From: an uncultured Puniceicoccaceae bacterium
Lineage (GTDB): Bacteria; Verrucomicrobiota; Verrucomicrobiia; Opitutales; Oceanipulchritudinaceae
Length of the DNA: 64,000 bases
Direction: 5' to 3'
Assembly: GCA_963933835.1 (NCBI GenBank)
Contig: CAWVVV010000003.1
Span: 96,001 to 160,000 of the forward strand
Position numbers and translations under genes: made by a program. Under the pieces are notes generated by a model. That model made no database searches, was not told the origin of the DNA, and saw only the letters and a program-made list of their open reading frames with translations. The number at the start of each line of letters is the position of its first letter. Position 1 is the stretch's first letter. Below, piece by piece: positions 1 through 9,223 of this stretch.

Positions 1-1119
1 TGGCATATGACACTCGATACACTGATTACCGGTTGATCCCGCTGGATGATGAGAATGCGCAACTGGGTTGATAATCGGAGCGCTCAAAGCACCCGTTTCA
101 TGACACCTCTGGCAAAGAGCATTATTACTCGCAGGCAAGATGAGATCGTGACTGTGCGAGTCGTGGCAGTCTAGGCAGGTAACACCAGCATGCCCCATTC
201 GTGATAACATGAATGAACTGTAGACGTAGTTTTCATCCTGATTTTGACCATCCGGAAAAAACACATTCGGGGCATCCGGAAGACTTAAACGAAAGTGATC
301 ATAAAACCGGTCTCCAGCTTTGAATTTATCTGCGGTCAATTGACCACGCCGAGAGTGGCAAGTGGCGCAGTTCTCCATCGCCAGAGCGGGCGAATGAGAC
401 TGCAAATCAGCCCCCATGTATTCACCCTTCTCAGCCGCAATCGTGTGCGCTTCACTGTTCGCATGGCACTGTAAGCAGGAGACCCCCTGGGCCACCCATG
501 TACTCGAGTAAACATCGAGATCTATGTCATAATTTTTCTGATACACGGTCATATGGCACGATGCACAGTTTGAATTCCAGTTCATCCCCTGTCCGCTCCA
601 ATGCCCCCATTCTCCGGGCTGCCTACCCTCATCACCATAAATATTAAACCATTCTTCTGCATTCGTATCAAAAGCCAGTTCATGCGCCTGCCATCGTCCC
701 CCCCCTGCTGGCTTAAGATATTGAATCAAGGGTTCGACCCCGATGACACCTTCAGCCTCTCCTAGCGGTGAGGCCTTAATACCAGGGCCTTCAATACGTA
801 AGGCGTTACCTGCCGTCTTTGGTTCATAGCTGGAATCAGATATTGAAACAGAGGGGTGAAAATTAACCGCATCGTGATCGATATCGATCAGGCGATTTGC
901 AACCGCATGCTGACTCGCTTTCCAAGATTCGACGGCCTCTTCGTGACACGGGAGACAACGTCCAGGCCCCGTAAATTCATTTTTCTCGGGAAAATGAGTC
1001 TCTGGCATGTATCCAATCGTTTGTTCGCTCTTCTCTTTTGGTCCACAAGCCACGAACGCAAAGAAGCCAGGTAGCACCAGCGCAAAGCTCACGATGAGAA
1101 ATAGCCTTTTAATCCACAT
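1..1119 (-). CDS. Multiheme c-type cytochrome, exported; 3' end runs off the window
   Basis: Translated by hand (absent from ORF track): MWIKRLFLIVSFALVLPGFFAFVAC signal/lipoprotein-like N-terminus and seven CxxCH motifs (CLPCH, CASCH, CLQCH, CATCH, CLDCH, CQRCH, CIECH). Confidence 0.88.
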   Translation of the reverse strand, partial: MWIKRLFLIVSFALVLPGFFAFVACGPKEKSEQTIGYMPETHFPEKNEFTGPGRCLPCHEEAVESWKASQHAVANRLIDIDHDAVNFHPSVSISDSSYEPKTAGNALRIEGPGIKASPLGEAEGVIGVEPLIQYLKPAGGGRWQAHELAFDTNAEEWFNIYGDEGRQPGEWGHWSGQGMNWNSNCASCHMTVYQKNYDIDLDVYSSTWVAQGVSCLQCHANSEAHTIAAEKGEYMGADLQSHSPALAMENCATCHSRRGQLTADKFKAGDRFYDHFRLSLPDAPNVFFPDGQNQDENYVYSSFMLSRMGHAGVTCLDCHDSHSHDLILPASNNALCQRCHETGALSAPIINPVAHSHHPAGSTGNQCIECHMP

Positions 1120-1233
1120 TCAGGCTATAATCCTAGGTATATTGTTGAGGTCAATAAACGGGTTCCTCTCAATTCCGAAGACATAAGGGCATCAAGACCC
1201 GCGCCATGACCAGCCTTCAGCAATTTTCTATGC

Positions 1234-3090
1234 TCAGGCTTCGTAGGGCAGTCGGATAATAAAAGCTGAACCATCGCCGGGGCGACTCGTGCATGTAATG
1301 GAACCTTTATACATTTCCACTAGTTTTGAGCAAAGCGCCAATCCCATCCCAAGGCCTTCGTGAGCACGGTCCGTCGACATGTCACTAGCTGAAAACGGCT
1401 GAAAAAGCGTATCTATTTCATCCTTTGTAAGACCAATTCCGGTGTCGGAGACCGTAACGCATAACATGCTTTTATCTACGTCACAGTTGACCTCGAAGTC
1501 GACGCTACCCTCAGAGGTAAACTTTACCGCATTATCAAGCACGTAGCCGATGATCTTTTCATAGTCCTGCCCGGGCAGTTGGACGGCCTCAAGGCACTCG
1601 TCTGTAAAGGTTGTCCGAAACTCCAGTCCTGCGATTTGCGCAGCATCGGCATACGCGCAAATCGAGTCTTCGAAATAGTCCCTGAGCTCAACTGGCTGAC
1701 TTACCTCTAACGGCGAGGCCGAGCCGAGATCAATATAGTCCACTACGCTATTCACCACTTGCAATAAGTTGCGCGCCCCTTCCTCGATCATCTCAAGGCG
1801 CTCATCCTCTTCCTCCTTGCTCTCTGCGCCACGAAGTAACTCAGAGAAGCCTAAAATCGCATTCATCGGGGTGCGGAGCTCATGGCCCACAATTTGAAGA
1901 AATTCTGATTTTGCGCGGTTTGCCTTCTCCATCGCTTCCATCGCTTCAAGGAGCCCTTTCTCTGCCTCAACGCGCTCGCTTACATCGTGAATGATCGCCA
2001 CAAAGCGAGCAACACCCGGTTCTGCGAGATCGAGGGGGAACAGTGAAACATCCGCCCAGAAATCCGAACCGGAACGACTCTTACAAGGCACCGTAAGAAA
2101 GTTACTCTGCCCTAGCTGGATCGCAGTGCTGAGGGTTTGGGAAAAACTGGAAACATCGGCCGCGTTATCCAACGCCGTGAGATCAAGTCCGACCGTCTCC
2201 TCCATGCTATACCCACTCATCTGCTCCCAGCAGGGATTCGCTGACCGGATTCTTGGATGCGCATCGTCTTTCCCCATCTCTAGGATCACAATTGCGCTCG
2301 AAGCACGCTCTACCAGCTCTCGCTGTAACTGCATAAACTCCAATGCGCGCTCACGCCTCGAAATATCATTCACCGCGATGATCCACCGCATTCGCGACTC
2401 CGTCGAGTCACCCACAACACGACACCGCAGTTCGACCGAAATAGCCCGCTGATCACCCCGCGACCAATGTGCCTCAGCATACAACTCCCGCTGACTTTCC
2501 GATGATAATGTCTCCAGCAGGAACTGCTGGGCCATGGCGGCATCTGACCAAAAATCACTTATCGGCAAGGCCAAGAGCCCATCCTTAGTGATACCCACAA
2601 GACTTGAAAAAGCGTCATTGAATTGGACGAGGACCCCATTCTCGACCACGGCCATAGCACCCGGCAATTGATTCAGCCCAAACTCGTCCGCTAGCGAATG
2701 CGCCATCGTGTGGTCGATGTGCCCTCTCCCAACCGCCGGCCAAGGATCTTCGAGAAAGGCGTCCCAAGACTTCACTTTGAGTGCCTTACCGAAGGCACGC
2801 TCCATCCAGCGATGGTTTGTGAGCCAAGTCGCATCTGCGGCCCATGGGCCATTCCAGCCCATACGCCTTGCCTGCAAAAGCAGCCTCTCCACATCCACGA
2901 CAGGGATTGAATGTACCGCAAGCGCAGCCATCGGAGATGCTTTAAGCGCCTGAAGGAGCGTCTCTGGACGTTCGTGTATCGAACAAGCTTCGCCACCGCC
3001 TCGGCTGTAAACCGGTCCCGCGACCGGCCAAAGCACGTGCCAAAGCGTAGCGGCCGACGCCTCCGGAAAGCTCGCAGTAAGATTGTTCAC
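1234..3090 (-). CDS. PAS-domain sensor histidine kinase
   Basis: Two PAS-like repeats, H-box GHELRTPMNAILGF, HATPase NAVKFT / DTGIG / GLGMGL. Confidence 0.9.
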   Translation of the reverse strand: MNNLTASFPEASAATLWHVLWPVAGPVYSRGGGEACSIHERPETLLQALKASPMAALAVHSIPVVDVERLLLQARRMGWNGPWAADATWLTNHRWMERAFGKALKVKSWDAFLEDPWPAVGRGHIDHTMAHSLADEFGLNQLPGAMAVVENGVLVQFNDAFSSLVGITKDGLLALPISDFWSDAAMAQQFLLETLSSESQRELYAEAHWSRGDQRAISVELRCRVVGDSTESRMRWIIAVNDISRRERALEFMQLQRELVERASSAIVILEMGKDDAHPRIRSANPCWEQMSGYSMEETVGLDLTALDNAADVSSFSQTLSTAIQLGQSNFLTVPCKSRSGSDFWADVSLFPLDLAEPGVARFVAIIHDVSERVEAEKGLLEAMEAMEKANRAKSEFLQIVGHELRTPMNAILGFSELLRGAESKEEEDERLEMIEEGARNLLQVVNSVVDYIDLGSASPLEVSQPVELRDYFEDSICAYADAAQIAGLEFRTTFTDECLEAVQLPGQDYEKIIGYVLDNAVKFTSEGSVDFEVNCDVDKSMLCVTVSDTGIGLTKDEIDTLFQPFSASDMSTDRAHEGLGMGLALCSKLVEMYKGSITCTSRPGDGSAFIIRLPYEA

Positions 3091-3098
3091 TTATGAAT

Positions 3099-3125
3099 AT
3101 ATCGGACGCACTCGATGCCCCTTGA
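3099..3125 (-). promoter_or_regulatory. Putative sigma-28 (FliA) promoter of the PAS kinase
   Basis: Minus strand TCAAG-N14-TCCGATAT; same spacing as TAAA-N15-GCCGATAA consensus. Confidence 0.55.
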
Positions 3126-3271
3126 GAAACCCCTTTTGTAGAAAAGCACCCAAAGCCCCTAAAGGCCTCGTAAGCAAGGACCTACATATCCAGCCCTCCG
3201 AAAGGCCGCATCTCAACCCCTTAGACCGCCCGCATCGCTATGGTGAGGCCCCCTAAATCCAAGGGACGGAC

Positions 3272-3299
3272 TAAAGTAGTCACTTGAGCCAACCGATAA
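3272..3299 (+). promoter_or_regulatory. Putative sigma-28 promoter of cheW-cheD
   Basis: TAAA-N16-ACCGATAA just upstream of cheW; spacer is 1 nt longer than the E. coli consensus. Confidence 0.5.
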
Positions 3300-3325
3300 T
3301 ACTCTCAGGAAACCACTCTATATCT

Positions 3326-3826
3326 ATGTCCGCTGAACCCCCTACAATTGATACAAAAAAGCCGAGGACAGGGAAGTTTTTGACCTTCAAACTCAGCACT
3401 GAGACCTACGCGGTCGAAGTCCTGAAGATAAAGGAAATCATCCGAATGCAACGGATAAAACCCGTGCCGCACCTGCCAGCGTATATGAAAGGCATCATCA
3501 ACCTTCGCGGCAAAGTCATTCCCGTTGTCGATCTTCGCATGAAGGTCGGCCTCGATACCAATGAAGAGACAGAGCGCACTTGTGTCATCGTCGCTCAAGT
3601 CCACCTCAACGACGAAAGCCCCGTTGCCCCCGTCGGCATGATCGTCGATGCCGTTGAAGAGGTCCTGAATATTTCTGAGGAACACGTAGTGAATAACCCA
3701 AACATCGGCTCGAATTTTGATAACCGCTTCATCCAAGGCCTGGCGAAAATCAATGACTCGATCGTTACGCTGCTAGAGATCGACCGTCTATTTAGCGAAG
3801 ATGATGCCCTCACTATGCAGGCCTAG
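3326..3826 (+). CDS. cheW: Chemotaxis coupling protein CheW
   Basis: FLTFKL..YAVEVLKIKEI..GIINLRGKVIPVVDLR..GMIVDAVEEV; ATG at 3326 preferred over TTG at 3284. Confidence 0.93.
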   Translation: MSAEPPTIDTKKPRTGKFLTFKLSTETYAVEVLKIKEIIRMQRIKPVPHLPAYMKGIINLRGKVIPVVDLRMKVGLDTNEETERTCVIVAQVHLNDESPVAPVGMIVDAVEEVLNISEEHVVNNPNIGSNFDNRFIQGLAKINDSIVTLLEIDRLFSEDDALTMQA

Positions 3827-3858
3827 GATTTCGAACACATCTCTTTACGAAAATCAAC

Positions 3859-4392
3859 GTGAGCACCTCCTTTTCAAATCCCGTGAACACGAACGACCGT
3901 CTCATCGTCGGCGTAGGTGAGCTCATCGTCACAAATTTGCAGGATATCACGGTCAGCACCTATGCACTCGGGGCGTGTGTAGCACTCGTCGGCTATGAGC
4001 CAAAACTAAAAGTCGGGGGCATCATCCATCTCATGCTTCCGACGCGAAGACTCGATAGCTCTGGCCAGACCTCGTCCCCCGCACGGTTTGTCGACAGCGG
4101 TATCCCTATGTTCTTTCAGGCAATGCGAAAAATGGGCGCGATGCCTCGCAACCTCAACCTTGCACTCTTCGGTGGAGCGAACCCGCAGAAGAATCAAAAC
4201 GACCACTTCAAAATCGGACAACGCAACACAGAGTTATCGATGCGTATGCTCCAAAAATTCCAACTTGAAGTCTCCTACACGGACCTCGGAGGCTTCGAAA
4301 ACCGAACGATCCACCTGACTTTAAAAACTGGAGGAGTCGTCGTCCGTCGCCCAAGCGGCAACTTGAACTACGACATGAATAAGTTTCCCTAG
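3859..4392 (+). CDS. cheD: Chemoreceptor glutamine deamidase CheD
   Basis: TYALGACV, GGIIHLMLP, LFGGA, IGQRN, DLGG..RT motifs. Confidence 0.9.
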   Translation: MSTSFSNPVNTNDRLIVGVGELIVTNLQDITVSTYALGACVALVGYEPKLKVGGIIHLMLPTRRLDSSGQTSSPARFVDSGIPMFFQAMRKMGAMPRNLNLALFGGANPQKNQNDHFKIGQRNTELSMRMLQKFQLEVSYTDLGGFENRTIHLTLKTGGVVVRRPSGNLNYDMNKFP

Positions 4393-4421
4393 TCTAGTCT
4401 GACAAATTTCCTCACAACCCG

Positions 4422-4901
4422 CTACCCTTCTATCTGACGAAGGGCTTCGTAGGCGGCGATGCCAACACTCGTCGAGAGGTTCAAGGAGCGCAGAGGCTCT
4501 TCGCTGAAGCGTGGCAAGGTGGTTTTGCGCGTTTCCTCAATCGTTTCATGTAGCCACGACGGACAGCCATGACCTTCGTTACCAAAGAGCAGCCCGTCGC
4601 CGCGTTGAAAGTCGGCCGACCAGTAGCTCTGCTTAGATCGCGTAGTAAACATCCAAATACGATCGATCGGTGGTGAAGCCTCAGACTTCAAAAAGGCTTC
4701 CCAGTCATCGTGGAAATGCAAATCAAGCGTCTTCCAATAATCCATTCCACTGCGACGCAGATGCCGATCAGTGATCGTAAAGCCAAGGGGGCGAATGAGG
4801 TGAAGTCGGATATCAGTGTAAGCGCATAGACGGCCCACGTTGCCCGTATTCTGAGGAATCTCTGGATTAAAGAGGATGATGTGACAACGCGGCTCTTCCA
4901 T
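4422..4901 (-). CDS. trmL: tRNA (cytidine/uridine-34 2'-O)-methyltransferase, SpoU family
   Basis: PEIPQNTGN, RRSGMDYW, RSLNLS motifs. Confidence 0.92.
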   Translation of the reverse strand: MEEPRCHIILFNPEIPQNTGNVGRLCAYTDIRLHLIRPLGFTITDRHLRRSGMDYWKTLDLHFHDDWEAFLKSEASPPIDRIWMFTTRSKQSYWSADFQRGDGLLFGNEGHGCPSWLHETIEETRKTTLPRFSEEPLRSLNLSTSVGIAAYEALRQIEG

Positions 4902-4915
4902 TCGAATACACCAGC

Positions 4916-5392
4916 CTAATACTTCTGCCGCTCACGCATCATGCGCTGAGCCTCGCGCAGGTCTTCCCGCTTCTTGATGTCTTCACGTTTGTCGAACTGC
5001 TTCTTCCCTCGAGCCAGACCAATCTCAACTTTGACCAAGCCCTGCTTAAAATACAGCCGCAGCGGTATCACCGTCCGCCCCCCTGCGATCACCTCGTGCT
5101 GCCACTTGGTAATCTCGTTCTTTTTCATCAAGAGCTTGCGCGGGCGATGAGGCTTGTGGTTAGCAAAGTTGCCGAAGGCATATTCTGCGATGTGCGCATG
5201 GTAGAGCATCGGGATGTCCCGCTCAAAGCGAACGAAGGTATCCTTGAGCTGTCCTTGTCCCGCCCGCAGCGATTTAACCTCGGTCCCGGTCAAAACGACT
5301 CCGCACTCAAGCGTCGCATCGATAAAGTAATCGCGATGCGCACTGGAGTTTCGAATCTCCTTGTAGCGGTTAGTGTCGTTTTTCTTAGCCAT
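4916..5392 (-). CDS. smpB: SsrA-binding protein
   Basis: GVVLTGTEVKSLR, RKLL, GKKQFDKRE. Confidence 0.96.
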   Translation of the reverse strand: MAKKNDTNRYKEIRNSSAHRDYFIDATLECGVVLTGTEVKSLRAGQGQLKDTFVRFERDIPMLYHAHIAEYAFGNFANHKPHRPRKLLMKKNEITKWQHEVIAGGRTVIPLRLYFKQGLVKVEIGLARGKKQFDKREDIKKREDLREAQRMMRERQKY

Positions 5393-5494
5393 GGGGAGTG
5401 CGATCGCGAGAAATGGCGAGGTCTAGATATAGCGAACGCCGGTGGTGATACCGGCGTCCATAAAAAGTGTCGTTTATGTCGAAACGAACCTCGC

Positions 5495-5710
5495 CTATGC
5501 TTTCTTCTCTTCTTCTTCGAAGAGTTCGTAAGTGATCTTACCGTCGATCACTTCCTTCAAAGCAGTCTCCTCGGGGCTAAGGCGCTCAAAGGACTCAACG
5601 AGGGGCTTTTGCCCCTGCTTGAATTGCTTCACGCGACGAGAAATCACATTGATGAGAATATTCGGGTCTGGAATGACCTTCTGGGCGGCTTTAATGAGTT
5701 CGTCTTTCAC
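5495..5710 (-). CDS. rpoZ: RNA polymerase omega subunit
   Basis: 71 aa, LINVISRRVKQ..PLV..ALKEV..GKI pattern. Confidence 0.8.
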   Translation of the reverse strand: MKDELIKAAQKVIPDPNILINVISRRVKQFKQGQKPLVESFERLSPEETALKEVIDGKITYELFEEEEKKA

Positions 5711-5857
5711 GGCTGGTATCTACGTAAACGTCGGTAAATTGAAACAAACCTCACAAAGTGGATAGCCCCCTCTTAGCTGGCAAGAGTGAACTGAAGTGAA
5801 TTCTGACGCTCTGCTTTTCCAATTTACTCGGCTCATCGATGCCTTCAATTTCCTCGT

Positions 5858-6940
5858 GTGACCGCTACCCCCGATCCATTTGCGACGAAGAAGAAGCCGA
5901 TGTACAAGCCAGGGCCGAAGCTCCTGCATTACCTCGCGCACTACAATCGGATCTTTGAGCTTCCTGTGAGCTATAGCCGATTGACCGAGTGGCATGAGAC
6001 GATGCCACTCTTCGATGAAAATGGAGAGGATACGCTTTGGCGCACACTCATTTATCGACCTGAGGTAATGCAGCGGCTGAACAAGCACCTGACCTCGATC
6101 TACATGCTGCTAAAAACCGACGGTGATGATTCGGTCGGCGATCACCTCTTTGTCGACCGCATCGACTACTGCACCTTCGGAAACAGCAATCCGTTCCGCA
6201 TCCGCATCGTCAATTCCTACAACGACAATCAGGACTACTACTATATCAAGAAACTCGATGCATCCCGCATCATTGGCCTAGAAATCGAGCACCTACTCTC
6301 ATCAAATCGGATGCACTACTACGTGTCTGATGATATTATGATTGAAGAGCATGTAGTAGGAATCCCCGGCGACCAGTTCATCGACAACTGGATGACCCAG
6401 CCTCAGTTCAAGCGCATCCGGCTTGCAAAAGAACTCGTGAAGTTCAATGAACGCTGCTTCTTGCGCCTGCTTGGCGATATGCGGTCCTACAACTTTGTCC
6501 TCGATATGACTCCTGATTTCGAAGAAGTCCAAATCAAGATTCGAGCAATGGACTTCGATCAACAAAGCTATTCGGGGCGATTAAACTTTTACCGCCCTCA
6601 ATTCTTTAAAGAGAACAATCCACTCGTCCAATTTTGCATGGAACAGTTGAACGTGCCCTCAGCGTTGCAGTATCGACAGGAAGAACAAACAACCATTTAT
6701 CGACGGATCATGTCTAGTCGGGCCAGAGTAAACGATCTCATTAGCTGTATTAAGACTCAGCAAGTTTCCTCACCTGAAAAAGTCATCGAACTGCGAGAAG
6801 GTCTCGCGAATCACTACGAAAACGACGAATTCCTCAAATGTGAAAATATGGGGGCACTGCTCGACGAAAGCCTCATCCAAATCCGCGACAACCTTCAGCG
6901 TGTTAAGGATAAACGCGCATCCATTTATCCCCTAGACTAG
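5858..6940 (+). CDS. Hypothetical protein with atypical (HipA/PI3K-like) kinase motifs
   Basis: YYIKK, GLEIEH, IEEHVVG, LLGDMRSYNF, AMDFD in kinase-fold order. Confidence 0.6.
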   Translation: MTATPDPFATKKKPMYKPGPKLLHYLAHYNRIFELPVSYSRLTEWHETMPLFDENGEDTLWRTLIYRPEVMQRLNKHLTSIYMLLKTDGDDSVGDHLFVDRIDYCTFGNSNPFRIRIVNSYNDNQDYYYIKKLDASRIIGLEIEHLLSSNRMHYYVSDDIMIEEHVVGIPGDQFIDNWMTQPQFKRIRLAKELVKFNERCFLRLLGDMRSYNFVLDMTPDFEEVQIKIRAMDFDQQSYSGRLNFYRPQFFKENNPLVQFCMEQLNVPSALQYRQEEQTTIYRRIMSSRARVNDLISCIKTQQVSSPEKVIELREGLANHYENDEFLKCENMGALLDESLIQIRDNLQRVKDKRASIYPLD

Positions 6941-6969
6941 GATGCGAGAAAAACGGGGGATTGTGATTA

Positions 6970-7506
6970 CTACAATCCGGCCAAGCTTGGTTCGTCATCT
7001 CGATTCAAGATATCGTCACTTGTGAAAAGTGTTTGATCAGGACCAGCGGACCTCACTTCAAGCTCATCAGCCCTCACCGCATGCACATGGTATGGCTGTC
7101 CCCAGCGGTCGAGCAAGAGACCTTCAGAAATCGCTAGATTGGCAGGGGACATAAAGCGCACGCCAAATCGCCCCGGCTCCGTCAGAGCGAGGACGACTTC
7201 CTCGTTGAGCCCTATCGGGCGGCGATTCCCCTTCGCCATAAGCAAATAGTCATCGATCAGTCCCTCCAAGAGGCGAACGTCTTCAACCGGAGACCGCGAC
7301 GGGTCGTTCAGAAGCGCCAAAGCGGGCGATTCTATAACTGGAACTGATTTTGTTCTCTCAGGATAGACGGTCTCTGTGGTTGCCTGCGAAGGCTCATCCC
7401 TCTCCCCGCTCGGCTTCGTCCCTTCGATCATAAGGTTGCCAAGATACCAACAACCCACGCCAAGGGCGCAAACGAGTAGCAAAGGAAAAAAGTCAGAACG
7501 CTTCAT
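6970..7506 (-). CDS. Membrane-anchored protein with GspG/pseudopilin-like C-terminal motif
   Basis: N-terminal hydrophobic helix; DRWGQPY..RSAGPDQTLFTSDDI. Confidence 0.55.
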   Translation of the reverse strand: MKRSDFFPLLLVCALGVGCWYLGNLMIEGTKPSGERDEPSQATTETVYPERTKSVPVIESPALALLNDPSRSPVEDVRLLEGLIDDYLLMAKGNRRPIGLNEEVVLALTEPGRFGVRFMSPANLAISEGLLLDRWGQPYHVHAVRADELEVRSAGPDQTLFTSDDILNRDDEPSLAGL

Positions 7507-7831
7507 GTAGATAGAACAGTTTGAGGACTAAGCCTTTCAAACCGATACCAGAAACTGTTTGATAACTATTACTAAATTAAGCGGAAAATACGTAAAACTA
7601 GGCGTATTTATAAAGGAATCCCTTCAGGGCGGCGATTTTACAACAAAACGAGAGGAAGGCCTCAAAAGTCTGTTTTGGGGTCCGCATCCAATCCAAACCG
7701 TACTAAACTAGGCATACAGCCAGAACCAGGGCTCATTGAGTCTTCAAAAAGCAATATTTAATAATTATAAAAGGAATTAATAATTAGAGGGTGGCGGAAG
7801 CTCACTGAAATTTCAGCCGTTCTGAAATCAC

Positions 7832-9220
7832 CTAAACCGCCTTGCACGGGAGCATCGCTGCGTCGCGCATTCCGTGGATGATCTTTTTGTCTGCAGGGCA
7901 CACGGTGGCGAGGATTCCCCCAAGGGTCGTCTTTTCGCCCTCGACGAAATAATAGGGGCATAAGCGCACCCGCCCCTCCATTGAATAAGTCTTTTCAGCC
8001 TCGGCGAAGATCGGGTGCTGAATCCGGCGGGGTTTCTCGTAGGCCTGCAGGATCGAAAGATTCACTCCTGATTCACTGAGCGCATCATTGAGACCGTCCG
8101 ACCATTCAACTCTAGAAGCATCTGAGCCATAGAGGACGCTGCGCGCCCCCCAGGCATTCTCGTGGAAGCCACTGAGTTTGATGATGAGGTTACGTTCTTT
8201 CTGTGACGCTTCCGCCAATTGCTCCCAGCGATGAATCGGATGCCCGCCCACCTCAGGCGCATCGAGCACCGCATTCGGTGGTAGATCGACAGGATCCATG
8301 ATCCAGCCGCGGGGGACGATTTTGCGCAGCGTTTTGAGCGCCCGTTTACTGAGCTGCTCGCGCCAGAAGTCCTGAAGGCGGGGATGATGAAAGAGCGCCA
8401 AATTCAGTTTCTCTTCCTGGAAAGGCCGCATCGGGGGCGTGACCACAAGGGCCGACGTATCGATGTGATCGAAGATGAAGTCTTTGAGGGCGAGGTTGGG
8501 AAGATCGAAGAGCTCCCAGAATCGATAGACGATGTCGATTTCCTCAGGGTTGCCATCGATGTCAGCACACAGGCTTTCACCCAAAGGCATGAGGTCAGAC
8601 GGGTGGATCGAGTGGACGCGGTAGCCCTTGGACTGGAGTTGAAGAGCCAGCCAGTCCATCTCGGGCCGATAGGTCGCGGCTTCGTCAGACACCACGATCA
8701 CGATGAGCGGATTTGAAACATCCGACCGTTGTCCTGCCAAGGCTCCATAAAAGGCCTCCAGCATGCCGTCCTTACCGCCAATGATCTCCCCGTCGCCAAG
8801 GTAAAGCTGGTTAAGAAACGCCGTCAGGCCGATCCCGCCGGGGACTGAGTCCATTTCAGTGAGAGCGAAGCCATCGTCGGTGATCAGGAGGTCAGGCCGG
8901 ATTACAACCGGGCAGCGCCCTTTCACCTTATCCGAGCGTGCATGGCGCAAAAGCCCCTCTGGTTTCCCGCGATCGAGGTAGTCAACGACCCAAGGCGTGC
9001 GCAGCTTGCGATTGCGAAGGATGTTCTTATCCGTCGCCGAACGCAGGTAGAGAAACTCAAGCGCGCGGTAAAATTCGGCACACGCCTGCCCGATCGATTC
9101 GATCTCACGCAGTTGTGGTGCAGTGATCGGAAAGGCTTCGGGCGAGAGCTTCCAGGTCTTGTCTTCGAAGAGCTCTTGGCCTGCAAGAGCGGTGCGAATC
9201 TGTTCAAAGGTCAAAGGCAT
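7832..9220 (-). CDS. ATP-grasp-like ligase (glutathionylspermidine synthase / circularly permuted ATP-grasp-like)
   Basis: IRPDLL..TEMDSVPGG, IVYRFWE, EEKL.LALFH, IIKLSG..WGARSV. Confidence 0.55.
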   Translation of the reverse strand: MPLTFEQIRTALAGQELFEDKTWKLSPEAFPITAPQLREIESIGQACAEFYRALEFLYLRSATDKNILRNRKLRTPWVVDYLDRGKPEGLLRHARSDKVKGRCPVVIRPDLLITDDGFALTEMDSVPGGIGLTAFLNQLYLGDGEIIGGKDGMLEAFYGALAGQRSDVSNPLIVIVVSDEAATYRPEMDWLALQLQSKGYRVHSIHPSDLMPLGESLCADIDGNPEEIDIVYRFWELFDLPNLALKDFIFDHIDTSALVVTPPMRPFQEEKLNLALFHHPRLQDFWREQLSKRALKTLRKIVPRGWIMDPVDLPPNAVLDAPEVGGHPIHRWEQLAEASQKERNLIIKLSGFHENAWGARSVLYGSDASRVEWSDGLNDALSESGVNLSILQAYEKPRRIQHPIFAEAEKTYSMEGRVRLCPYYFVEGEKTTLGGILATVCPADKKIIHGMRDAAMLPCKAV

Positions 9221-9223
9221 CGA

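Noticed and set aside
7510..7830. AT-rich intergenic stretch as origin or ncRNA
   Set aside because: No DnaA-box cluster or convincing structure seen
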